32,000 bases of DNA from Candidatus Nitrospira inopinata (GTDB lineage Bacteria > Nitrospirota > Nitrospiria > Nitrospirales > Nitrospiraceae). The stretch covers positions 90,001 to 122,000 of the forward strand of contig NZ_LN885086.1 in the NCBI RefSeq assembly GCF_001458695.1, in the 5' to 3' direction. This document shows positions 18,465 to 28,464 of the stretch, piece after piece. The position numbers and the translations under genes were made by a program. Every line of letters begins with the position of its first letter. The first letter of the stretch is position 1. The notes beneath the pieces are model-generated. The model was not told where the DNA came from. It did not search any database and saw only the letters and a program-made list of their open reading frames with translations.

Positions 18465-18860
18465 ATGGATGATGCGAAATTGATCGATTACGTCCGACGA
18501 GCGATTCCCGGCCTCATCGCGCTCTATCGGTTCGGCTCACAGGTGAAGGGAGCTGGCCGCTCGGACAGCGACGTAGACCTCGCCGTGCTTGCGCGCGATC
18601 CGATTCCGAATCTGCGCCGCTTTGAGCTTGCCCAGGAATTGGCCGTCCGACTGCATCGCGACGTGGATCTTGTGGACCTACGTGCCGCATCAACAGTCAT
18701 GCGGATGCAAGTGATCTCGACCGGGGAATGCCTGGACGTGCCGGACGAGTCAGCCCGGCGAGCATTCGAAATGTACGTCTATTCGGATTATGCCCGCCTG
18801 AACGAAGAGCGGCGAGAGATCCTCAAAAGAATCGGCGAGAGCGGGCTGGTCTATGGCTGA
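18465..18860 (+). CDS. mntA: MntA-type nucleotidyltransferase antitoxin (type VII TA)
   Basis: Minimal nucleotidyltransferase motif FGSQVKGAGRSDSDVDLAVL. 131 aa. Overlaps the downstream DUF86 gene by 8 nt. Confidence 0.85.
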   Translation: MDDAKLIDYVRRAIPGLIALYRFGSQVKGAGRSDSDVDLAVLARDPIPNLRRFELAQELAVRLHRDVDLVDLRAASTVMRMQVISTGECLDVPDESARRAFEMYVYSDYARLNEERREILKRIGESGLVYG

Positions 18861-19266
18861 TGATGTCATTCTCAACAAGGCCGCAAGTATTGAACGGTGC
18901 CTTCGCCGCATTGAACAAGAGTACGCCGGTGCCGAGCAGAACCTGATCGGGAATCAAACAAAGCAAGATGCGATCATTCTCAATCTTCAGCGAGCCTGCG
19001 AAACGGCGATCGATCTGGCCATGTACGTCGTGAGCCGGCGGAAGCTTGGCGTACCGCAGGACAGCCGTGACGCATTCTCCCTTCTCCACACCGCAGGCAT
19101 CCTCCCGGAAGACCTCGCAACTCGCATGCAACGCATGGTCGGCTTCCGCAACGTGGCGATTCACGAATACACCCGCCTGAATCTGGAGATCGTCCAGGCC
19201 ATCATCACCAAACAACTGGACGACTTCCGTTCGTTTTCAGCCACGATCGTCAAAGTGTGCGCCTGA
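18853..19266 (+). CDS. hepT: HepT-type HEPN (DUF86) RNase toxin
   Basis: R-x4-H-x-Y HEPN motif in GFRNVAIHEYTRL, and the DUF86-typical QDAIILNLQRACETAIDLA. Confidence 0.85.
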   Translation: MADDVILNKAASIERCLRRIEQEYAGAEQNLIGNQTKQDAIILNLQRACETAIDLAMYVVSRRKLGVPQDSRDAFSLLHTAGILPEDLATRMQRMVGFRNVAIHEYTRLNLEIVQAIITKQLDDFRSFSATIVKVCA

Positions 19267-19487
19267 ACCGTCTCCGAGTTAAATTCGCATCCTAAATCCA
19301 CTTCGCTATTGCTAAGCGAAGAAGCGATTCGATGCCAAAAAATGGAAAATAGAGAGACAAGTGTGCGGCACTGCGCTCATCTTCTCTCCCTATTGCCGCC
19401 AGACGATGTAATGGTTCCGTCAGTTCTCTGAGCAACTACGGGCCGAGTCGAGAGCAGTTTGATCGGCACCGAACGTGTGCCTTGGCT

Positions 19488-19533
19488 CCCCTGAAACAAA
19501 CAGGGGCGGGCTCCTTTATCAAAAGCCCGCCCC
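19488..19533 (-). terminator. Intrinsic terminator downstream of hisB (possibly bidirectional)
   Basis: Minus strand reads GGGGCGGGCU (19533..19524), an 11-nt loop, AGCCCGCCCC (19512..19503), then UGUUUGUUU. The plus-strand reading is followed by UCUUCAUAUUCAU. Confidence 0.6.
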
Positions 19534-19577
19534 TCTTCATATTCATAAACCCTTCACAATCTTTCCACCCTCCAGAT

Positions 19578-20186
19578 TTACAGCACCCCCTTCGTCGAGA
19601 GAACTTTACCGGCCAAGCGTTCTTCCGGCATCGTGGCCTGATCGAGCGCCTTGGCCAGCGCCTTGAAGACGGCTTCCATAATGTGATGCGGATTGCGCCC
19701 GTACAGAAGGTTGACGTGCAAATTGAGCCCGCCGTGGGTGATGAAGGCCTGGAAGAAATCTTCGAACAAACCGAGGTCGAACGACTTGATCTTCCGATCC
19801 GGCAACGCGACGTTGTAGACGAGGAACGGTCGGCCGCTGAGATCCACGGTCACCTGCGCCAGCGTTTCATCGAGCGGGACCGAGGCGAAGCCGAATCGTT
19901 TGATCCCGGCTTTCTCGCCCAGAGCCCGATGCAACGCCTGTCCCATGACGATGCCCACGTCTTCAACCGTATGGTGCTCGTCAATGTCCAGATCGCCCTT
20001 GGCTTGCACCGTCAGATCGAAGAAGCCGTGCTTCGCCAGCAGCTCCAGCATGTGATCAAAGAACCGGATGCCGGTGTCGATCTTCCCTTGTCCCGTGCCA
20101 TCCAGCACCCATTCGACGCGGATGTCGGTTTCTTTCGTCGCGCGCTGGACGATGGCCTTCCGCGGCGAGGAGCCGTCGGTGTTCAT
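19578..20186 (-). CDS. hisB: Imidazoleglycerol-phosphate dehydratase
   Basis: [12 protein letters not shown]...[19 protein letters not shown]...[13 protein letters not shown]...[10 protein letters not shown]. Confidence 0.95.
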   Translation of the reverse strand: MNTDGSSPRKAIVQRATKETDIRVEWVLDGTGQGKIDTGIRFFDHMLELLAKHGFFDLTVQAKGDLDIDEHHTVEDVGIVMGQALHRALGEKAGIKRFGFASVPLDETLAQVTVDLSGRPFLVYNVALPDRKIKSFDLGLFEDFFQAFITHGGLNLHVNLLYGRNPHHIMEAVFKALAKALDQATMPEERLAGKVLSTKGVL

Positions 20187-21466
20187 GAAAACCTGCTCTG
20201 GGCCGACTTGGCGTGCGCGTCGAATCCTTCGATGTGGGCGAGCCGCAGCAACGGATCTTTCACTTTCGCCAATTCCTGTTTGGTGTAGTGCACGATATTG
20301 CTGACCTTCACGTAGTCGTTCACCGAGAGCGGCGAGAAGAACCTGGCGCTGCTCCCCGTCGGCAGCACGTGATTGGGTCCGGCCACGTAATCCGCCACCG
20401 ACGGCGGCGTGTACCGACCCAAGAACAGCGCGCCCGCATGGCGGATTTTTTCCAGATAGTCAAAGGGATTGTCCACGGACAACGTGACGTGCTCGGCGGC
20501 GATTTGATTGGCCACGTCGATCGCGTCGTCCATCGTCGGAACGACGAACGCAACGGAGTGACGCGCAACCGCCTTCGAGGCGATCTTTTCCCGCTGAAGC
20601 CCTTTCAACTGTTGTTCGATCAACTTGGCAACATCTTTAGCCAGCCGTTCCGACGTCGTCACCAGAAAAACCTGCGCGTCTTCGTCGTGCTCGGCCTCGC
20701 ACAATAAATCAGCCGCGACATGGGCAGGATTGGCCTGGTCGTCCGCCACCACCAACAACTCGCTGGGACCAGCGATCATGTCGATACCGACGGTTCCATA
20801 GAGTAGGCGCTTGGCGGTTGCGACGTAGATGTTGCCGGGACCGACGATTTTGTCCACCTTCTCGATCGTCTTCGTTCCATACGCCAGCGCCGCCACCGCC
20901 TGCACCCCGCCGATTCGATAAATTTCGGTCACGCCCGCGATATCGGCAGCGACCAGGAGATAGGGATTGATTCCCCCCCTTTGCGGCGGCGTGACCATCA
21001 CGACGCGCCGCACGCCGGCGACCTTGGCCGGAATGGCGCACATCAAGACCGACGACGGATAGACGGCCTTCCCGCCCGGCACGTACACGCCGACGGCGTC
21101 GACCGGCGTGACGAGCTGCCCCAACGTAGCATCGCCGTCTTGATACATCCAGGTTTTCGTGCGTTGACGCTCGTGAAACGCCGTGATTCGACGCGCCGCG
21201 AGCCGCAGCGCGTCTCCTTCTTCTTTGCGGATATGGAAATAGGCGTTCTTGATTTCGTCCGGTGTCACCTTCAGCTCATCGGGCTTCAGCGACACTTTGT
21301 CGAACTGCTTGGTATATCGCAGCACCGCTTTGTCGCCGCCCCGCTCGACGGCCTGGAGAACCGAACGCACCACCCTTTCCGCCGAGGCTCCCGCCGTTTG
21401 CCCACGGGAGGAAGCTTTTTTCAGAGCGGACGGGAAGCCACGATCAGCCCGGGTCACGATCTTCAT
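20183..21466 (-). CDS. hisD: Histidinol dehydrogenase
   Basis: Full-length HisD-like: ...[13 protein letters not shown]..., [36 protein letters not shown]. It has 4-nt overlaps with hisG and hisB. Confidence 0.95.
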   Translation of the reverse strand: MKIVTRADRGFPSALKKASSRGQTAGASAERVVRSVLQAVERGGDKAVLRYTKQFDKVSLKPDELKVTPDEIKNAYFHIRKEEGDALRLAARRITAFHERQRTKTWMYQDGDATLGQLVTPVDAVGVYVPGGKAVYPSSVLMCAIPAKVAGVRRVVMVTPPQRGGINPYLLVAADIAGVTEIYRIGGVQAVAALAYGTKTIEKVDKIVGPGNIYVATAKRLLYGTVGIDMIAGPSELLVVADDQANPAHVAADLLCEAEHDEDAQVFLVTTSERLAKDVAKLIEQQLKGLQREKIASKAVARHSVAFVVPTMDDAIDVANQIAAEHVTLSVDNPFDYLEKIRHAGALFLGRYTPPSVADYVAGPNHVLPTGSSARFFSPLSVNDYVKVSNIVHYTKQELAKVKDPLLRLAHIEGFDAHAKSAQSRFS

Positions 21467-22161
21467 ACGCGCGCCGCTTTCTCCTTGTCGGTTCGCGCGG
21501 TCTGCCTCCGGCCGTTGCCGCGCATCGACTTCCGGCCGGCCGAGACCGCCCGCAGTCTTTGGATCAATTCACGAAGCGGCCGATGTTTCAGCCGAAAACT
21601 CGCCCGATTGACGATCAGACGCGCCGTCGATCGGGCGATCACTTCCAATTCGACGAGATCATGAGCCCTCAGCGTGTTGCCGGTTTCAACCAGATCCACG
21701 ATCCAGTCGGCCAACCCCACGACGGGAGCCAATTCGATCGAGCCGTAGAGCTTGATGATCTCAACCGGGACGCCGCGCTGATTAAAAAACCGTTCGGTGA
21801 TCTTGGGATACTTGGTGGCGATACGAACCTTGGACGAGAGCCGGTCGCGCACCCCCTCTCCTTTGAGCGCGGCGACCGAGATTCTACACGCTCCAAACCC
21901 TAAATCCAACGGTTCATAGACGTCGGTCTCCTGCTCCAGCAACACATCTTTTCCGACAATCCCCGCGTCGGCCCCCCCGTACTCCACGTAAGTCGGCACG
22001 TCGCTGGGGCGAACAATAAGAAAGGTCATCCCGATTGAGGGGCACTCAAACACCAAACGCCGACTCTCGCCGGACAGCCCCTCCGTGGGGTAGCCGGCCC
22101 GCCGGAACACATCCATCGCCGATTCGATGAGTTTGCCTTTCGATAAGGCAATGGTCAGCAT
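21463..22161 (-). CDS. hisG: ATP phosphoribosyltransferase, short form
   Basis: MLTIALSKGKLIESAMDVFRRAGY..., IVRPSDVPTYVEYGGADAGIVGKDVL, DLVETGNTLRAH. It lacks the long-form C-terminal regulatory domain and has a basic tail overlapping hisD. Confidence 0.9.
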   Translation of the reverse strand: MLTIALSKGKLIESAMDVFRRAGYPTEGLSGESRRLVFECPSIGMTFLIVRPSDVPTYVEYGGADAGIVGKDVLLEQETDVYEPLDLGFGACRISVAALKGEGVRDRLSSKVRIATKYPKITERFFNQRGVPVEIIKLYGSIELAPVVGLADWIVDLVETGNTLRAHDLVELEVIARSTARLIVNRASFRLKHRPLRELIQRLRAVSAGRKSMRGNGRRQTARTDKEKAARV

Positions 22162-22170
22162 CCGTCCCTC

Positions 22171-23445
22171 TTAGTGAGCGACCGTCGCCGGTCTCACACT
22201 GCGACGTTCGATCTGCGCCCCCAGGCCGCGCAATTTTTCCTCAATCCGCTCGTATCCCCGATCAAGGTGATACACCCGTTGCACCTCGGTGACCCCGTCG
22301 GCCGCCAGACCGGCGATGATGAGCCCGGCGCTGGCCCGCAGGTCGGAGGCCATGACCGGCGCCCCGGTCAAACTGGGCCTTCCTATGACCAGCAGGCGAT
22401 TGCCTTCGACGCGAATATCGGCTCCCATTCGCCGCAATTCTTCCACATGCATGAACCGGCTCTCGAACACCGTTTCCGTCACGACGCTGGCGCCCTCGGC
22501 CACACACATCAACGCCACCATTTGCGCCTGCATGTCGGTTGGAAACCCCGGGTACGGCAACGTTCTGACGTCCGTTCCCTTGAGCCTGCGAGGAGCCGTG
22601 AGCCGCACGCGCTCCTTTTCCGCGTGGACCTCCGCTCCCGCTTCCTTGAGCTTCATCAGCACGGCTTCGAGATCGACGGATCGGCAATGGGTCACCGTCA
22701 CATCGCCCCCCGTCATGGCTCCCGCGGCCAAATAGGTGCCGGCTTCGATCCGATCGGGAATCACCTCATGATCTCCGCCCCGCAGCGTCGGCACCCCCTC
22801 GATCGTGACGACGTCCGTTCCCACTCCGTCGATCCGTGCCCCGCGCTTGATCAAGAAACCGGCCAGATCCGTGATCTCCGGTTCTTTCGCCGCATTCTCC
22901 AACACGGTCGTCCCTTCGGCCAGCGACGCCGCCATCATGAGATTCTCGGTTCCCGTGACCGTCGGGGTATCGCAGTAAATTCGCGCGCCTCTCAACCGTT
23001 TGGCCGTGGCGGTGATATATCCGTGTTCAAGCGAAATGTCGACGCCCAATTTCGCCAATCCGGCCAAATGAAGATTCACGGGGCGCGACCCGATGGCGCA
23101 ACCGCCGGGAAGCGACACTTTGGCTCTTCCCCAGCGGGCGACCAACGGCCCCAGCGTCAGAATGGAGGCGCGCATGGTCTTGACGAGATCATAGGGAGCC
23201 TCCGTGGAACTGATCGAGCCCGCGCGCACGACCACGCGATGGCCTTCATGGGAAACCGTCGCGCCGAAAATGGTCAGCAGTTTCTCCATGGTGATCACGT
23301 CGACCACGCGGGGAACATTGGTGATGACGCATTCCCCGTCGCTCAGAATCGTGGAGGCCAAGATCGGGAGCGCGGAATTTTTCGCCCCGCTGATCCGCAC
23401 TTCACCCTGCAGCCGATTTCCTCCCGTAATGACGATCGTGTCCAT
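22171..23445 (-). CDS. murA: UDP-N-acetylglucosamine 1-carboxyvinyltransferase
   Basis: [31 protein letters not shown]..., with the catalytic Cys in [15 protein letters not shown]. Confidence 0.95.
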   Translation of the reverse strand: MDTIVITGGNRLQGEVRISGAKNSALPILASTILSDGECVITNVPRVVDVITMEKLLTIFGATVSHEGHRVVVRAGSISSTEAPYDLVKTMRASILTLGPLVARWGRAKVSLPGGCAIGSRPVNLHLAGLAKLGVDISLEHGYITATAKRLRGARIYCDTPTVTGTENLMMAASLAEGTTVLENAAKEPEITDLAGFLIKRGARIDGVGTDVVTIEGVPTLRGGDHEVIPDRIEAGTYLAAGAMTGGDVTVTHCRSVDLEAVLMKLKEAGAEVHAEKERVRLTAPRRLKGTDVRTLPYPGFPTDMQAQMVALMCVAEGASVVTETVFESRFMHVEELRRMGADIRVEGNRLLVIGRPSLTGAPVMASDLRASAGLIIAGLAADGVTEVQRVYHLDRGYERIEEKLRGLGAQIERRSVRPATVAH

Positions 23446-23460
23446 CGACGGCCCGCCCCT

Positions 23461-24336
23461 CTATTCCATCCGCTGGACGACCACCGTCCGCTCCAGACCG
23501 GCTTCATCCTTGACGACCTGCGCCGGGCCATAGTCCTTGATTTGCTCGACCATCCGCCGCACGGCCGGGAATTGTCCGCTTCCGATTTCCATGACGAGAG
23601 TCCCCCCCGGCGCAAGATAGTCCAACGATTCTCGCAGCAACCGCTCGTGAAATTCCGTGCCCAACGGTCCGCTCACCAACGAAGAGCGAGGCTCAAACCC
23701 ACGTACCTCCGGCTGCAAATTCGCCCACTCCGCTTCCGCGATATAAGGAGGGTTGGACGCAACGACGTCCACCTTTCCCGTCAATCCCCGTTCGCGCAAC
23801 GGAGACAAGAGATCGCCCTCCATCCACTCGATCTTGTCGGCAACTCCGTGCCGCTCCGCGTTGGCCTTTGCGACCGCCAAGGCCTCCGGCGAGCGATCCA
23901 CCGCGAGGATGCGGGCTTTTCCGAGAATGGTGGCCAGCGTCACGGCCACGCAGCCCGAGCCGGTCCCCACATCGACCAGCACGGCCTCCTTGGCGAAATC
24001 AACGACTCTTAAGGCTTCCTGAACGAGCAACTCCGTTTCAGGCCGGGGAATCAACACCGCCGGCGTCACGTGAAACTCCAAACCGCAAAATTCCTGGGTG
24101 CCTAAAATGTATTGCAGCGGCTCGCGCGCCGAACGCCTTGACGCCAGAGACGCGACACGGGCCCAGGTTTCATCCGAAACCGATTGCTCCGCTCGGCTGA
24201 CCAATTGATGACTCTCCAGCCCAAGCACGTGGGAGACGATCCACCGGGATTCTTGATCCGCCTGTTCCACCCCGGCCTTTGCCAATGTGTGTTTGGTCGC
24301 TCCAAGCAACGCCTCGATTGTGCGCGATTCCTTCAT
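23461..24336 (-). CDS. prmC: Release factor glutamine N5-methyltransferase
   Basis: SAM motif VLVDVGTGSGCVAV and NPPY in VVASNPPYI. Positioned directly downstream of prfA. Confidence 0.9.
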   Translation of the reverse strand: MKESRTIEALLGATKHTLAKAGVEQADQESRWIVSHVLGLESHQLVSRAEQSVSDETWARVASLASRRSAREPLQYILGTQEFCGLEFHVTPAVLIPRPETELLVQEALRVVDFAKEAVLVDVGTGSGCVAVTLATILGKARILAVDRSPEALAVAKANAERHGVADKIEWMEGDLLSPLRERGLTGKVDVVASNPPYIAEAEWANLQPEVRGFEPRSSLVSGPLGTEFHERLLRESLDYLAPGGTLVMEIGSGQFPAVRRMVEQIKDYGPAQVVKDEAGLERTVVVQRME

Positions 24337-24365
24337 GGCAGCCCGCCGCCGATCATTTACGCCGT

Positions 24366-25442
24366 TTACGCATTGACGGTTTCCGTTTGTTGCTGGGCCT
24401 TCAGCACCGCCACGATTTCGTCGAGATCGCCTTCCATGACCGCATCGAGTTTGTGCAGCGTGACCCCCACCCGATGATCCGTCACGCGATTCTGCGGGAA
24501 GTTGTACGTGCGAATCTTTTCGCTCCGGTCGCCGGTTCCCACCTGAGACTTGCGGCTTTGAGCGATTTCCGCCTCCTGCTTCTGCCGCTCTGCTTCGACG
24601 ATGCGGGCCCGCAACGTTCTCATCGCCTTGGCGCGATTCTTGAGTTGCGACCGCTCATCCTGACAGGAGACGACGACGCCGGTCGGAATGTGGGTGATGC
24701 GAACGGCCGAGTACGTCGTGTTGACGCTTTGTCCGCCGGCGCCGGATGAGCAGAACGTGTCGATCCGCAAATCCTTCGGATCAATCTGGACGTCGACTTC
24801 GTCGACCTCCGGCATGACCGCCACCGTCACGGTCGACGTATGGATTCGTCCCGACGCCTCGGTCACCGGCACCCGCTGCACACGATGGACCCCAGCCTCG
24901 TATTTGAAATGGCTGTACGCGCCCTTTCCCTCGATAAGGGCGACGATGTTTTTATACCCGCCGATGCCGGTTTCCGACGCCTCGACGAGATCGACTTTGA
25001 ATCCTTTCTTTTCCGCGTACTTGCCGTAGAGGCGAAACAATTCGCCGGCAAACAGCGCCGCCTCCTCGCCGCCTGCGCCGGCTCGAATTTCCAGCACCAA
25101 ACTCTTTTCATCCCGTGGATCTTTGGGGACCAGGAACGCCGCGGCCTGCTCCTCCAATTCACGGCGTCGGCTTTCCAACTGAGCGGTTTCGTCCCGGGCC
25201 ATCCGATGAAGCTCGTCCCCCGCCGATGGATCGGCAAGAATCTGCGCGGCTTCCGCCAACTGTTTCTCGACCGCACGGTGGGCCTCGAACAGCTCGGCGA
25301 TCGGCTCCAGATCGGCTCGTTCTTTCGTCAGGTTTTTCAGTTGCGTCGGCTGGTTCGTGACGGACGGATCCATCAACTGATCGGTCAGCTCATGAAAGCG
25401 CGACCAGGCAGCTTCCCATTTTTTGAGCAGCGCGGCTTCCAT
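24366..25442 (-). CDS. prfA: Peptide chain release factor 1
   Basis: PxT-type tripeptide context RVPVTEASGRIHTS and the GGQ motif SSGAGGQSVNTT. Confidence 0.95.
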   Translation of the reverse strand: MEAALLKKWEAAWSRFHELTDQLMDPSVTNQPTQLKNLTKERADLEPIAELFEAHRAVEKQLAEAAQILADPSAGDELHRMARDETAQLESRRRELEEQAAAFLVPKDPRDEKSLVLEIRAGAGGEEAALFAGELFRLYGKYAEKKGFKVDLVEASETGIGGYKNIVALIEGKGAYSHFKYEAGVHRVQRVPVTEASGRIHTSTVTVAVMPEVDEVDVQIDPKDLRIDTFCSSGAGGQSVNTTYSAVRITHIPTGVVVSCQDERSQLKNRAKAMRTLRARIVEAERQKQEAEIAQSRKSQVGTGDRSEKIRTYNFPQNRVTDHRVGVTLHKLDAVMEGDLDEIVAVLKAQQQTETVNA

Positions 25443-25478
25443 CGGATTCGCTTCTCCGCTTTCCAGTGGACGAGCTCC

Positions 25479-25515
25479 ACAAACAAAGAGACCCTGCTTC
25501 AGGCGAAACAGGGTC
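25479..25515 (-). terminator. Intrinsic terminator downstream of rpmE
   Basis: Minus strand reads GACCCUG (25515..25509), a 12-nt loop, CAGGGUC (25496..25490), then UCUUUGUUUGU. Confidence 0.6.
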
Positions 25516-25535
25516 CCTCCGTCGCTCAGAGCCCG

Positions 25536-25742
25536 CTACTTGGTTTTTTGGGCGTATTTCTTTCTGAACCGCTCGACACGCCCCTCCGTGTCGACGATCT
25601 TCTGCGTCCCGGTAAAGAACGGGTGACAATTGGAGCAAATGTCGACGTTGATGTCTCCAATGGTGCTTCTCGTCTTAAATGAATTACCGCAGGCGCAATG
25701 GACCGTGGCTTCCCGATAGACCGGATGAATTCCCTTCCGCAT
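25536..25742 (-). CDS. rpmE: 50S ribosomal protein L31 (zinc-binding type)
   Basis: [22 protein letters not shown]...[16 protein letters not shown] lies upstream. Confidence 0.93.
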   Translation of the reverse strand: MRKGIHPVYREATVHCACGNSFKTRSTIGDINVDICSNCHPFFTGTQKIVDTEGRVERFRKKYAQKTK

Positions 25743-25850
25743 GGCTTTATCGCTCCTTACACAAAGTTGGACGCAAAGTCGGCTTCCGCGCTCGCGCTCC
25801 GCACGAGAGACCGTTCATCCCCCTTGCGGCATCCGCTTCCCCGACGCCAT

Positions 25851-27098
25851 CTACCGATTCATGGATTGCAAAAACTCCTGATTGGTCTTCGTGCCCTGAA
25901 TCTTATCCATCAGGAACTCCATGGCCTCCATGGTGCCGAGCGGGCTCAACACTTTGCGCAAGATCCACATCTTGTTCAGTCGGTCCTTATCCACCAGCAA
26001 TTCTTCCTTGCGCGTGCCCGATTGGCTGATATCGATGGCCGGGAACAGACGTTTGTCGGCCAATCGTCGATCCAGATGGACCTCCATGTTGCCGGTCCCT
26101 TTGAACTCTTCGAAAATCACGTCGTCCATCCGACTGCCCGTGTCCACGAGGGCGGTCGCGATGATGGTCAAACTGCCGCCGTTCTCGATGTTGCGGGCCG
26201 CGCCGAAGAATCGCTTGGGCCGTTGCAGCGCGTTGGAGTCGAGTCCGCCCGACAGCACCTTGCCGCTGGGAGGCGCGATCGTATTGTAGGCGCGCGCCAA
26301 CCGCGTGATGCTGTCCAGCAGAATGACGACGTCCCTCTTGTGTTCGACCAGCCGCTTCGCTTTTTCCAACACCATCTCGGCGACCTGGGCGTGACGTTGC
26401 GCCGGCTCGTCGAACGTCGAGCTGATGACTTCCGCCTTCACTTGACGTTGCCAATCGGTCACCTCCTCGGGCCGCTCGTCGATCAACAAGACGATCAACG
26501 TGACCTCCGGGTGGTTCTTGAGAATGGCGCGGGCGATCGCCTGAAGGAGCATGGTCTTTCCGGTCCGGGGAGCGGCGACGATCAGCCCGCGCTGCCCTTT
26601 TCCGATCGGCGTCACCAGTTCCATCACGCGCGTGCAGTATTCCTCACGGTCGAATTCCAGGTTGAGCCGTTCTTCCGGGTAGAGGGGCGTCAGGTTGTCG
26701 AACAGAATCTTATCCCGGGCCACTTCGGGATCTTCGTAATTGACCTTCTCGACTTTAAGCAGAGCGAAGTATCGTTCGCTTTCTTTCGGGGGACGGATCT
26801 GGCCGGACACGATGTCGCCCGTCCGAAGGTTGAACCGTCTGATTTGAGACGGAGAAATATAAATGTCGTCGGGACCAGGGAGATAGTTGGAATCCGGAGC
26901 GCGCAAAAACCCGAAGCCGTCGGGAAGGGTTTCCAGCACGCCTTCTCCGAACACGACTCCGTTCTTTTCCGTCTGAGCTTGCAAAATCGCAAAAATCAAC
27001 TCCTGCTTTCTCAGGTTGGCGGCTCCCTCGATCTTCAGATCGCGAGCCACCTCGTTGAGGTCCGCAATCGACTTCTGTTTCAACTCTGCAAGATGCAT
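25851..27098 (-). CDS. rho: Transcription termination factor Rho
   Basis: [25 protein letters not shown] (Rho N-terminal domain), RNA-binding FGFLR, and Walker [20 protein letters not shown]. The ATG at 27098 is preceded by GGGGGGA. The track start at 27122 adds 8 codons. Confidence 0.95.
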   Translation of the reverse strand: MHLAELKQKSIADLNEVARDLKIEGAANLRKQELIFAILQAQTEKNGVVFGEGVLETLPDGFGFLRAPDSNYLPGPDDIYISPSQIRRFNLRTGDIVSGQIRPPKESERYFALLKVEKVNYEDPEVARDKILFDNLTPLYPEERLNLEFDREEYCTRVMELVTPIGKGQRGLIVAAPRTGKTMLLQAIARAILKNHPEVTLIVLLIDERPEEVTDWQRQVKAEVISSTFDEPAQRHAQVAEMVLEKAKRLVEHKRDVVILLDSITRLARAYNTIAPPSGKVLSGGLDSNALQRPKRFFGAARNIENGGSLTIIATALVDTGSRMDDVIFEEFKGTGNMEVHLDRRLADKRLFPAIDISQSGTRKEELLVDKDRLNKMWILRKVLSPLGTMEAMEFLMDKIQGTKTNQEFLQSMNR

Positions 27099-27604
27099 TA
27101 CTTCCCCCCTTGCTACCGACATACGACTCCTCTCGCCCTTTGTTTGGTTAGGTTACGGTTGCGCCCACGTTCGCACTGATCGCTCCTGCGAAGCATCGCT
27201 TCTTAAACGGCTATGATCTCCGGATTCGTTTCGACGACCGACGTTTAGATGTTCTACACGCTTGGTTGAATTGAAATGGAATAGTTGTGGGAGATGCCCG
27301 CCTCTATGTGAACAGAAGCACGTCCTCCACGATGCTCAACCCATCGGGCACGAACAAAATCTTCGGCTGGCCCACCAACTCTCTCATCCCTGCGCTTTCA
27401 AGAGCTTGGTTCGAGACAGGTCCCTGACTTGAATTCTTTGTTGGAGAGAATGCGCTCGCACTGGAATGATCGTTGGACTAGATCATACTCAGGCCGCAGT
27501 TGGATGTCAACTACATCTCGATGATCCGCGCCGCCTTGAGGGGATTTCGTCCAAGCCTCACTTGTTGCCCGAATCGAAAGTGTGCTACACAGCTCCGTAA
27601 CCGT

Positions 27605-28027
27605 ATGTCGGACGACCCTCAGTCATACGACGACCACGCCCCGGAGCGGGTTTTTTCGCTTTCCGAAGCCAATCGGTTGATCCCGCAGCTTCAGTCCTAT
27701 CTCACGACCGTCCAACGGAGGAAAGCCGTGCTCCTTCACGCTCGCCAAGAAGTCCAGAAGGCCGCGGCCAATGCGGCCAATGGAGGCGGGACGGCGGTCG
27801 GAGTTCATTACGTCAACAGTCTTCAAGACATCAGCGCAAGCCTTCGCGCCATCCACGAGTTGGGAGTCGTCGTCAAAGACATCGACCTCGGGCTGTGCGA
27901 TTTTCCACATGTCCGAGACGGTCGAGTCGTCTATCTGTGCTGGAAGCTCGGCGAGAAAGAAATCCGGTGGTGGCATGAACTGACGACCGGCTACAAAGAT
28001 CGCTGCCCCATCGAGGATCACGACTGA
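27605..28027 (+). CDS. DUF2203-like conserved hypothetical protein
   Basis: From the internal Met: ...RVFSLSEANRLIPQLQ...GVVVKDIDLGLCDFPHVRDGRVVYLCWKLGEKEIRWWHELTTGYKDRCPI, which matches my memory of the DUF2203 pattern. No clear SD sequence, so the start is uncertain. Confidence 0.7.
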   Translation: MSDDPQSYDDHAPERVFSLSEANRLIPQLQSYLTTVQRRKAVLLHARQEVQKAAANAANGGGTAVGVHYVNSLQDISASLRAIHELGVVVKDIDLGLCDFPHVRDGRVVYLCWKLGEKEIRWWHELTTGYKDRCPIEDHD

Positions 28028-28043
28028 TTCGATGCCGTACCTG

Positions 28044-28079
28044 TTCAACCTCCATCACATATTCAACACCCATCACATA
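28044..28079. repeat. Tandem 18-nt direct repeat (2 copies, 16/18 identical)
   Basis: TTCAACCTCCATCACATA (28044..28061) is immediately followed by TTCAACACCCATCACATA (28062..28079), in the spacer between the DUF2203-like and YciI-like genes. Confidence 0.7.
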
Positions 28080-28120
28080 ACACAACGTGCCCACGTTCGC
28101 GTGAGGAGCGCCGGAGCACT

Positions 28121-28399
28121 ATGACGTTCGTCATCATCGGCTATGACGGTCCCGAGGGAGAGGCCAAACGAACCGTCCACCGACCGGCCCATTTGGCCAA
28201 CTTGGAGCGACTGGATAAAGAAGGGCGCGTCCTTCTTGCCGGTCCCCTGACGGACAAAGCCGGCAGTCTCATGGTCCTCGAGTTCGCAAGCCGAGAAGAA
28301 GCCGAGCAGTTCGCCCGTACCGATCCCTATACCGTCCACGGCGTGTTCGAACGGATCGAGGTCCACCCCTTTCTGCAAGTGCTGCCCAAGCCCCGCTAA
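28121..28399 (+). CDS. YciI-family protein
   Basis: 92 aa: MTFVIIGYDGPEGEAKR...HLANLERLDKEGRVLLAGPL...VLEFASREEAEQFARTDPY...GVFERIEVHPF, a typical YciI-like pattern. GGAG lies 5 nt upstream. Confidence 0.8.
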   Translation: MTFVIIGYDGPEGEAKRTVHRPAHLANLERLDKEGRVLLAGPLTDKAGSLMVLEFASREEAEQFARTDPYTVHGVFERIEVHPFLQVLPKPR

Positions 28400-28464
28400 C
28401 GGAAACCTCATCCGAAACACCGAGCGTTGACTTTCGAGCAGAACACAATGAAAAGAACGGCCCG

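Noticed and set aside
18379-19577. The TA insert as part of a recognisable mobile element or genomic island
   Set aside because: There is no integrase, transposase or tRNA attachment site, and I could see no flanking direct repeats. Only the compositional dip and the terminator are visible.
16785-20288. Plus-strand ORFs 16785..17738, 17811..18354 and 19482..20288
   Set aside because: They are antisense shadows of the lipoprotein gene/hisA, hisH and hisB.
22162-22170. Search for a histidine attenuator, leader peptide or T-box upstream of hisG
   Set aside because: Only 9 nt separate the murA stop from the hisG start, so there is no space for a leader.
22174-24012. 612-aa plus-strand ORF
   Set aside because: It is antisense to murA and prmC. 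The product is Arg/His/Gly/Asp-rich, and there is no RBS or motif support.
25698-27179. 493-aa plus-strand ORF
   Set aside because: It is antisense to rho and the 5' end of rpmE, so it is a shadow ORF.
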